DNA from: Candidatus Heimdallarchaeota archaeon
GTDB taxonomy: Archaea > Asgardarchaeota > Heimdallarchaeia > Heimdallarchaeales > Heimdallarchaeaceae
Reading direction: 5' to 3'
Assembly (NCBI GenBank): GCA_030668875.1
Contig: DAOVER010000057.1
Location: 1-18,553 of the forward strand
Length of the DNA stretch: 18,553 bases
Part shown: positions 1-6,645 of the stretch, piece by piece
Layout of the letters: each line of letters starts with the position of its first letter
Numbering within the stretch: position 1 is the first letter of the stretch
The notes under the pieces: generated by a model
What the model saw: the letters and a program-made list of their open reading frames with translations, nothing else
What the model was told of the DNA's origin: nothing
Database searches by the model: none
Program-made: the position numbers and the translations under genes

Positions 1-133
1 GAAGTAAACTATCCTCTTGAAAGAAACTATAAACTGTTACTACGATAAGAAGAACTAAAAAAATAGCACGAAAGACTACAATGTTTTTTTTAAAAAATCT
101 TCTAGTTTTGGTTAGAGTAGAATCTCCCATCAT
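1..133 (-). CDS. N-terminal fragment of a membrane-anchored or exported protein (runs off the window edge; absent from the ORF track)
   Basis: Manual translation: MMGDSTLTKTRRFFKKNIVVFRAIFLVLLIVVTVYSFFQEDSLL, open to base 1. Basic N-region followed by a hydrophobic helix. ATG (133-131) overlaps the TGA of the upstream HTH gene (ATGA coupling). Confidence 0.75.
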   Translation of the reverse strand, partial: MMGDSTLTKTRRFFKKNIVVFRAIFLVLLIVVTVYSFFQEDSLL

Positions 134-738
134 TTTCCATCCTTCTCCATTGGCAACAATCCTAATATCATCGCATGTGTTATGTCTTTCCAGATTTCTG
201 ATGGAGATGAATCTTTTCTTTGCTTTTCATAAATTGCAGGAACCAAGTTATCAAACGTCTCTCTAACAAGAGCTAACTCCTTCTCTCTGATATAATGAAT
301 CTTAGCATAACCGTGTTTGTCCTGTTCTACTAAATCTTTGACTTCTTCATTGGTCATTTTAGATATCTGTAAAATTTTCCTGTTTAGATGCATCACAACG
401 ATATAATATTGAAAGAGAAAAGCTTCTCTCATTCTCTCTTGAGTTTCATATAACTCCCTTCTAGCTTTGAATTCTTTCGGACTATAAATTTCTTCATTGA
501 TCTTATACGTTTTTTGTAAGAGATTCTTTCCAGGAAGGATATGGTTCTCAGAAACAATTAACCTGCTCTCTTCTAATTGGTTGAGATGATAGTAAATATT
601 TGTCTTTTTTAGATGAAGTTTTTTAGCTAATTCTTTTGCGGTCAAATTGACTCCACGCATGATTTCATCCCAAATTTCTATCTTAATGGGATCACTAACC
701 ATATCAAGCATCTTTATAGATATACTCTTTTTACTCAT
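130..738 (-). CDS. Winged helix-turn-helix transcriptional regulator (ArsR/HTH_20-like)
   Basis: SDPIKIEIW...LTAKELAKKLHLKKTNIYYHLNQLEESRLI pattern. The ORF track starts at 810, but the ATG at 738 (MSKK) follows a GGGTGG SD-like motif and is the more likely start. Confidence 0.85.
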   Translation of the reverse strand: MSKKSISIKMLDMVSDPIKIEIWDEIMRGVNLTAKELAKKLHLKKTNIYYHLNQLEESRLIVSENHILPGKNLLQKTYKINEEIYSPKEFKARRELYETQERMREAFLFQYYIVVMHLNRKILQISKMTNEEVKDLVEQDKHGYAKIHYIREKELALVRETFDNLVPAIYEKQRKDSSPSEIWKDITHAMILGLLPMEKDGK

Positions 739-1006
739 TGTACCACCCTTCATTCTATGAAACGCCTCTAATCTCTGCAATAAATCAGTAGCCTGTTGGT
801 ATATTATCATCGGTTACATTTATAAATATATTCAAAAATTGTAGAATGTTAAAATATATTCAAATATCTTTATGTTTGACTTACAAATATCATTAATAAG
901 AGAAGTTTATCAGGATTTATGTGCAGTTTGGGTGAAAAACAACTCAACTTCTAAATTGACTGAAAAACGTTAAAACTGAATAATTGGCGAATAAGAGGAA
1001 AATCGT

Positions 1007-1825
1007 ATGAGTGATACTCATGAAGCAAACACGAACGAAGAAAATATATGTATAGAAAAAGAAGTAAGGATAAGTAGTATGAAGGAAAGATTCAAGAAAA
1101 TCTGGTCACTAAATATCATTCAAAGATTATTGTATCTTCTGTCATCGATCTGGGTTTATGCTCCAGTAGTTGGAACTATCCTTTTTTGGATGGGGGCATG
1201 GTCGGCACCAATAGCTTTCTCTTCGTGGTGGTTATTTTATTTTCTTACTGGTAATGTTGGTTGGTTTAATAAATGGCTTATTCTGAATCAAGTTGGGTTC
1301 ACTCCAGGGATCATAGCTTTATTGATTGTTGAAGTCATAATTTTTGCATTCGGTTTAGTTTTATTTCTTTGGGGTGTAATTCAAATTGCCACAGTTAAGA
1401 TAAAGAAAGAAGGTTTAGTAACAAGAGGATTGTATAAATATATCAGGCATCCTCAGCTTTTAGGGTTGATAATCATGGCTTTTTCTTTTACCCTTTATAT
1501 TCCAGGTACTGAGGACAAAGGGATTAAAGTTGGAGAGATTATTTCTTGGTCGTTCTTTTCTTTAATACTATTTTTGTGGTCAGATTTCGAGGAAAGAAAA
1601 TTAGCAAAGAAATTTGGAGAAGAATTTGTTCAATATCGCTCAAGAACTGGCTCTTTTCTCCCAAGGGTTTTTAACAAAACAAAGAAAAGAAAACATTTCT
1701 ATGTGATAAAATACTGGAAGCGGTATCTTTTCACTTTTCTTGGATATTCAGGTTTTTATCTAATTATGTATCTTTTAACGTATATCTTAAGTCTATCAAG
1801 ATTTGGAATACTTACATGGGGCTAG
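1007..1825 (+). CDS. Isoprenylcysteine carboxyl methyltransferase/PEMT-family integral membrane methyltransferase
   Basis: Multiple TM helices; GLYKYIRHPQLLG and EERKLAKKFGEEFVQYRSRTGSFLP family motifs. Confidence 0.85.
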   Translation: MSDTHEANTNEENICIEKEVRISSMKERFKKIWSLNIIQRLLYLLSSIWVYAPVVGTILFWMGAWSAPIAFSSWWLFYFLTGNVGWFNKWLILNQVGFTPGIIALLIVEVIIFAFGLVLFLWGVIQIATVKIKKEGLVTRGLYKYIRHPQLLGLIIMAFSFTLYIPGTEDKGIKVGEIISWSFFSLILFLWSDFEERKLAKKFGEEFVQYRSRTGSFLPRVFNKTKKRKHFYVIKYWKRYLFTFLGYSGFYLIMYLLTYILSLSRFGILTWG

Positions 1826-1933
1826 TTGATGAAGATAACTAGGCAGTGGATGTTCACGAGTAACAAACAGATAAGAGACGCACGCGTATATATCTTTAAT
1901 TGATATCTATGATTAAATTACAAAGGGTTCTAG

Positions 1934-2659
1934 ATGAAGTTAAAAGAAGTAGGGACTAAAGTAATACTGGTTTTGAGCTCTATTTGGGTGTATGTGCCAA
2001 TAATAGCTGGAATTATTACAGCAATGTTATACATGATACCTTTAGCATATACTTCTTGGGTTCTTTTCTTATCTTTAGGAAATGGTGGTTGGGCAAACTT
2101 AATTTATGGTTTTAATCTTTATGAAAATTATCTCCCTCTCGGAATTGTTTTAGTTATTCTTGAGAGCATGGTTTTTCTTGTTGGGTTGACTTTGTTCATT
2201 TGGGGATTCATTCAGATAGTACGAGCTCGAAAAAATGAAACCAATATAACCCAAACAGGTCCTTACAAACACATTCGTCACCCACAACATCTGGGGATCA
2301 TTCTTATTTCACTTCCTTTTGCTTTAAGAATACGCCCTGGTTTTGCGTATCATATTTTTATAAGATTCCGTGTAGGTGATATTCTCTCTTGGGTTTTATT
2401 CTGTTTTGTTCTTATTATTTGGTCTGATATTGAAGAAAGAAAATTGCAGAAAACCCATCCAGAAGAGTTTGCTGACTATAAAAACAGAACTGGGTTCTTT
2501 TTCCCAAAAATAGGTAATAGACAAACTCTAATAATTCAAGAGAAAAAGAGATATTATTATCTCATACGTTATCTAATTTTCTTTATCATTTATTGTTTTG
2601 TTGTTCTAATTATGTTCTTATTTGTGAAATATGTTCCTGGGGGGACTACTATTAAATAA
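1934..2659 (+). CDS. ICMT/PEMT-family membrane methyltransferase, tandem paralog
   Basis: GPYKHIRHPQHLG and EERKLQKTHPEEFADYKNRTGFFFP motifs; shares LSSIWVY-P and (V)G(E/D)I(I/L)SW with the preceding gene. Confidence 0.85.
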   Translation: MKLKEVGTKVILVLSSIWVYVPIIAGIITAMLYMIPLAYTSWVLFLSLGNGGWANLIYGFNLYENYLPLGIVLVILESMVFLVGLTLFIWGFIQIVRARKNETNITQTGPYKHIRHPQHLGIILISLPFALRIRPGFAYHIFIRFRVGDILSWVLFCFVLIIWSDIEERKLQKTHPEEFADYKNRTGFFFPKIGNRQTLIIQEKKRYYYLIRYLIFFIIYCFVVLIMFLFVKYVPGGTTIK

Positions 2660-2886
2660 ACAATGCCGATGTATCAAAATAATTGTATGTTTAGGATAAA
2701 CTATGTATATCATTTTACTCGTGAATTTTATCTGGTGTTATACAACAAATCACTTTCAGATTGTTTTAGTAAAACATTATTTGCCTTTTGAAAGAATTGA
2801 AATCAGAAGCAATAAATCTTTTCTCTTGCAACATTCTTAAGAAGAGATATGTTAATTTACTATCAATCATTTAATGGTAATTCTTT

Positions 2887-3555
2887 ATGAACCAAATTGA
2901 TGTGTATAAGAGGAATTGGAACAAATATAGCCGAATTATTAGAGAAGGCTTAATCCCTCCCATGGATGAAAACTATGTTTGGCTTGGTAAGAAGGTAAAC
3001 GAGAGAACTAATCCTCCTTTCCTTGCTAGTATTGTTAAGGTTGATTCTATTCTGTGGAAGAAAATTCAGCAAATACAATCAGATATTGAGAGAATTGATT
3101 CAAGACACGAATTTTTTCACCCGATCTATTTTCATATTACTCTTAGTGAATTTGGTTGGAGTGATCAAGTTGATTACAACAAAATTAAACGAAAAATGGA
3201 AGATATTTTTCTTGATTTCTCACCCTTTAATTTAGAGATTAAGGGGTTAAACTGTTTTGAACGAATAATTTATGCTCAGGTTTTTGATAAAAAACGAGTT
3301 CTGCGAAGTATTTATTTTAGGATGTTAGAAGAATTTCCTTTTCTAGAAAAACGTTTTCCTGAATATATACCCCACATTTCTATAATTAGAATTAGCACAG
3401 AAGAAGCAAAAGATGTGATAAATAAGGTTGAACACAGGTACAGAGAAGTGAATATAGGTGAGATGTTAGTAGATAATATCCAAATTGTTTCAGTAAGACC
3501 ATACCTAAGCGTTGGAAGGATTAAAACAGAAGACAAGATATTTCTAAATGATTAG
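2887..3555 (+). CDS. 2H phosphoesterase (2'-5' RNA ligase / RNA 2',3'-cyclic phosphodiesterase-like)
   Basis: Two HxT/S motifs (FHITL, PHISI) about 80 aa apart. Confidence 0.85.
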   Translation: MNQIDVYKRNWNKYSRIIREGLIPPMDENYVWLGKKVNERTNPPFLASIVKVDSILWKKIQQIQSDIERIDSRHEFFHPIYFHITLSEFGWSDQVDYNKIKRKMEDIFLDFSPFNLEIKGLNCFERIIYAQVFDKKRVLRSIYFRMLEEFPFLEKRFPEYIPHISIIRISTEEAKDVINKVEHRYREVNIGEMLVDNIQIVSVRPYLSVGRIKTEDKIFLND

Positions 3556-3592
3556 TATTCATACAAAACAAAGTAGTGACAATCAAAATATT

Positions 3593-3600
3593 TTTTATAT
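3593..3600 (+). promoter_or_regulatory. Probable TATA box of tRNA-Thr
   Basis: TTTTATAT about 30 bp upstream of the mature tRNA 5' end, preceded by an A-rich BRE-like stretch. Confidence 0.5.
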
Positions 3601-3628
3601 GCTTACACTCAAAACTCTTTGCAGAGTA

Positions 3629-3703
3629 GCCTCGGTAACTCAGCGGCAGAGTGATTGACTTGTAATCAATTAGTCGGGGGTTCAATTCCCCTCCGAGGCT
3701 CCA
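3629..3703 (+). tRNA. tRNA-Thr(UGU), intron-less, CCA encoded
   Basis: Acceptor GCCTCGG/CCGAGGC, anticodon stem ATTGA/TCAAT with loop CT-TGT-AA, T arm GGGGG-TTCAATT-CCCCT, discriminator U3700, CCA 3701-3703. Confidence 0.97.
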
Positions 3704-3760
3704 TCACATTTTTCATTTCTTCTGGAAACTTTAAAATATTCTGTATTTATTGCTTTCTTC

Positions 3761-4093
3761 ATGATAGATTATGAGGATTTTGAGCGTGTCAATATAAGAG
3801 TAGGCAAAATAATCAAAGCAGAAAAGTTTCCTGAATCAAAAAAACCCATGTATAAATTATTAATCGATTTTGGGGAAGAGATTGGCACAAAGAAATCCGG
3901 TGCTCAATTGGTTTCCAACTATACTTTAGAAGAATTGGAAAACAGACTTGTAGCATGTGTGATTAATTTTCCTCCCCGTCAAATAGGTCCAGTAAAATCA
4001 GAAGTATTAGTTTTGGGTTTCCCAGATGATTCGGGTGAACCCGTTCTTATCAAACCAGATATTGATGTACCTCTAGGTGGAAAGTTATACTGA
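3761..4093 (+). CDS. csaA: CsaA/Trbp111-type OB-fold tRNA-binding protein/chaperone
   Basis: IRVGKIIKAEKFP, LLIDFGEEIG, VINFPPRQIG, SEVLVLG and VPLGGKLY motifs; 110 aa. Confidence 0.9.
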   Translation: MIDYEDFERVNIRVGKIIKAEKFPESKKPMYKLLIDFGEEIGTKKSGAQLVSNYTLEELENRLVACVINFPPRQIGPVKSEVLVLGFPDDSGEPVLIKPDIDVPLGGKLY

Positions 4094-4615
4094 TTATTCT
4101 TCTTTCGCTTTCTTGATTATTACTTCAATAAACTCTGACTTTCCTGTAGTATATTTTTCTCTATCAAGCTCGAACTTCTTAAGCAGAACTTGCTTTAACC
4201 TTGAATACTCTTCCGCTTCTTTTGGGTTTGCTCTTAGATAATCTCTAAACAGGATATGTTTCGTCCACTCTTGACGATCCCTCTCCACAACATGAAGATG
4301 GTGAGTTCTGAACTCTTCTCCTCCCTTAACAAAAAGATGTCTTCCAGGTATACCTTGCTCACCACGATGAATATAATCTAGCTTTTTTAGTGGTTCTATA
4401 ATTCTAGATATGTTTGATAAAGAGTTTATTGCAGCAAGAATGTCTATAATTGGTTTTGAAACAATGCTAGGTATTGCAGTACTTCCTATATGTTGTACAT
4501 CTTCGAAATAATCGCTAGCTGCTGCAAGAAGTTTAATAGATTCTTCTTCAAAAAGAGTTTTCCACTTGGGATTATACTTACTTAACTTTACAACACCGCG
4601 CTTTAAACCAATCAT
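4094..4615 (-). CDS. GrpB/UPF0157 nucleotidyltransferase-fold protein
   Basis: HIGSTAIP..KPIIDI, HHLHV, LFRDYLRANP and Y..LK motifs. Its stop abuts the csaA stop with no gap. Confidence 0.9.
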   Translation of the reverse strand: MIGLKRGVVKLSKYNPKWKTLFEEESIKLLAAASDYFEDVQHIGSTAIPSIVSKPIIDILAAINSLSNISRIIEPLKKLDYIHRGEQGIPGRHLFVKGGEEFRTHHLHVVERDRQEWTKHILFRDYLRANPKEAEEYSRLKQVLLKKFELDREKYTTGKSEFIEVIIKKAKEE

Positions 4616-4705
4616 AATATCGAAACAAAGAAACTTAAGTTTGTTTATATTATTATCTTTTAGTTAGAAAAAGTGCATCATGCAAAACCATAATTATCTG
4701 GTACA

Positions 4706-5587
4706 GTGATGGTCCTTATGGAGATCTCAAAAATCGAATCTGAACTAGAGAAACTGCATGACTTTGGATTTTTAATGAAAAATGAATCAGTTTCAGATAT
4801 AAGAAACGATTTACATTCTTCAGAAACTTGGGCAGACGTTTTCTGGAGAAGAAGGAAAAATCATGTTAATAGAGATGATCCTGAAATTCAATTCATATTT
4901 AATAACAAGCCAAAAACAATATTGGAAATAGGTACAGCATATGGACGTGTTCTAAACAAGATTGCAGTAGAAAATGAAAAACAAACCAACAAAGCAGAAT
5001 TGTTTGGAATTGAACTGTGTAAACATTGTCAGAAATACTTCCAAGATTATACAAAAAAGCACTTGCTACTAGAGAATTGCAAGATTATTTTTGACGATTT
5101 CTTTGAAATCAATAATATCTATCAAAAGCAATTTGATGTAATAGTTTTACCAATGAATACCTTCCCCAGTTTTCCTACTTCAATGTTGAAAGATCTTTTC
5201 TCAGCTATTAGGAAATACTTGAATCCTAATGGTTCATGGATTTTTTCAACCTATAAACCAAAAACAACTGATAGCAAGTTCATTTCAGAAAATTCAATGA
5301 TGAATCACAGTGGGGAGTTATTAGTAGAACTAGGCAAAGATGTTATCGCTGGAGAACATTATCAATTTCCAGCCGTTAAGAAGGGTTATGGAATGCAAGT
5401 AATCACTTATTCCGCATATACCAGACTAACACGAGAATACAAATTAAAAGAAAGGAAAATTTATAGAAACACAAAGGAGTTCATTAATCCTGAAGATTTG
5501 AAGAAACTAATAATGGAAAATGACTTTCATATTAATTTTATAGATACATCAAGCCATTCAGCGGTATATAGTTTATTAAAAACTTAG
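4706..5587 (+). CDS. Class I SAM-dependent methyltransferase
   Basis: Motif I ILEIGTAYGRV, acidic GIE after strand 2, FDVIVL, and YLNPNGSWIF. Start uncertain (GTG 4706, ATG 4709 or ATG 4718). Confidence 0.8.
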   Translation: MMVLMEISKIESELEKLHDFGFLMKNESVSDIRNDLHSSETWADVFWRRRKNHVNRDDPEIQFIFNNKPKTILEIGTAYGRVLNKIAVENEKQTNKAELFGIELCKHCQKYFQDYTKKHLLLENCKIIFDDFFEINNIYQKQFDVIVLPMNTFPSFPTSMLKDLFSAIRKYLNPNGSWIFSTYKPKTTDSKFISENSMMNHSGELLVELGKDVIAGEHYQFPAVKKGYGMQVITYSAYTRLTREYKLKERKIYRNTKEFINPEDLKKLIMENDFHINFIDTSSHSAVYSLLKT

Positions 5588-5692
5588 ACATGTATAATAG
5601 TGGTGGCTATTTTATCAGTTTAATATGTATAATTCGAATTCCCTTCCCTTTTAACTAACCTCAAAATGAAGTTAGGAAAAACAGGTAAGTGC

Positions 5693-6013
5693 TTAGGAGC
5701 TATCAGCTGTAACTATTTCCATTAATCCCAAGATTTCTAGAAGCTTTCTTTCTAGATCTATACCGACAATACCCGCGAGGGCTAAAGTGCTCAGAAGACT
5801 TTCGACTAGCTCATCTTCAATTGTTGGATCACATTCTAATCCTTCACAATCATCTAAGATTTGACTGGCAAAAGCATTAAGCATTTTTTCTCCCATAATC
5901 CTACTTGGAGTTTTTGGAACATTCATTACATCTAGTTGTTTTACACTGTTTCTGCTGTTAATTAGTTCGAGCAGTTTTCTTTGTGCTTCGTTAATTGTTA
6001 CCATTTCCGTCAC
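5693..6013 (-). CDS. MazG-like all-alpha NTP pyrophosphatase-fold protein, probably degenerate
   Basis: TINEAQ at the N-terminus and IEDELVESLLSTLALAGIVGIDLE match the eEElaDvl..l..lA...giDLe pattern; the first EExGE motif is missing. Confidence 0.6.
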   Translation of the reverse strand: MTEMVTINEAQRKLLELINSRNSVKQLDVMNVPKTPSRIMGEKMLNAFASQILDDCEGLECDPTIEDELVESLLSTLALAGIVGIDLERKLLEILGLMEIVTADSS

Positions 6014-6182
6014 TTACCTTACGAGTTTTTCCTATTTATACAGAGATGATATTTGCTTTTAAATACATCTAATATATTCGACAATCGCTGCATTGTTCCA
6101 ATAGAAGTTTGATTAATGAAGTACAAAACTGATGATATCTTGATTCGTAGTGAAGAGAGGGCCTAGTTCGAGAAAACCTCAA

Positions 6183-6208
6183 TTTCCATTGGAAACCATG
6201 GGGAGGGG
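6183..6208 (+). promoter_or_regulatory. ORB-like element (candidate Orc1/Cdc6 origin recognition box)
   Basis: TTTCC-ATT-GGAAA dyad followed by CCATGGGGAGGGG. Resembles the archaeal ORB consensus TTCCAnTGGAAAC-n3-4-GGGG. A degenerate inverted copy lies at 6090-6106. Confidence 0.5.
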
Positions 6209-6481
6209 CTTTTTCACGCTCTAACGAAAAATATCGCGAGAAATGGGCTTTTTGTCGGGACTCTGTGAGGGGTATTTTGTCGGCGGATGTAATACCAGAA
6301 CAATATACGAAAATCAAGATTTTCTTGATTTACCAAATAAAAGGCACATATTTAGGATAAATTTCTCAATACCTTTTGAATTTTTCTTTTTGTATCGAAA
6401 CGTTAAAAAACTCGAGATAAAAACTCATTCTAATTGTTTACAAAGGGCCGATAGTTCAGCTGGAAGAACGCTTCGCTTGCA

Positions 6482-6503
6482 AGAACTAAATTAGTTCCAA
6501 GTT
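6482..6503 (+). other. Canonical tRNA intron at 37/38 (22 nt)
   Basis: Strict BHB: central helix CTTG/CAAG, 3-nt bulges CAA and TTC, inner helix GAACTA/TAGTTC. Confidence 0.93.
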
Positions 6504-6525
6504 CCGAAGAGGCCTCGGGTTCAAG

Positions 6526-6556
6526 ATTCAGTTTCTTGCGGGAAATTGAGGGAATA
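6526..6556 (+). other. Non-canonical T-loop tRNA intron at 59/60 (31 nt)
   Basis: Relaxed BHB: central helix TTCA/GGAA (one A.G mismatch), bulges AGA and TAT, inner helix TTCAGTTTC/GAAATTGAG. Removal gives T loop TTCAAGT. Confidence 0.85.
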
Positions 6557-6576
6557 TCCCGATCGGTCCACCATTT
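6557..6576 (+). repeat. att-like direct repeat, left copy (tRNA-Ala 3' end)
   Basis: TCCCGATCGGTCCACCATTT; 16/20 identical to 9175-9194, last 11 nt identical. Confidence 0.7.
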
Positions 6577-6645
6577 ACTTTTTTATGACTTTATATCCTG
6601 ATTTATATTATATTTAACATTGAGAAAAACGTAGCATGATAACAA

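Larger units (their letters stand above)
6445..6573 (+). tRNA. tRNA-Ala(UGC) with two introns; CCA encoded
   Basis: Acceptor GGGCCGA/TCGGTCC with the G3:U70 Ala identity pair, discriminator A. D stem GTTC/GAAC, anticodon stem CTTCG/CGAAG with TGC at 6478-6480, T stem TCGGG/CCCGA. Cloverleaf closes after removing 6482-6503 and 6526-6556. Confidence 0.95.

Noticed and set aside
2660-2886. 42-codon ORF in the intergenic spacer
   Set aside because: No motif; length expected by chance.
4631-4642. 12-bp palindrome AAACTTAAGTTT upstream of the GrpB gene
   Set aside because: Almost entirely A/T in a probable TATA region; no second copy noticed.
6069-6494. ORFs 6069-6317 (-) and 6243-6494 (+)
   Set aside because: No family motifs. 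They overlap the ORB-like/repeat region and the tRNA-Ala 5' half, and the locally higher GC makes chance ORFs likely.
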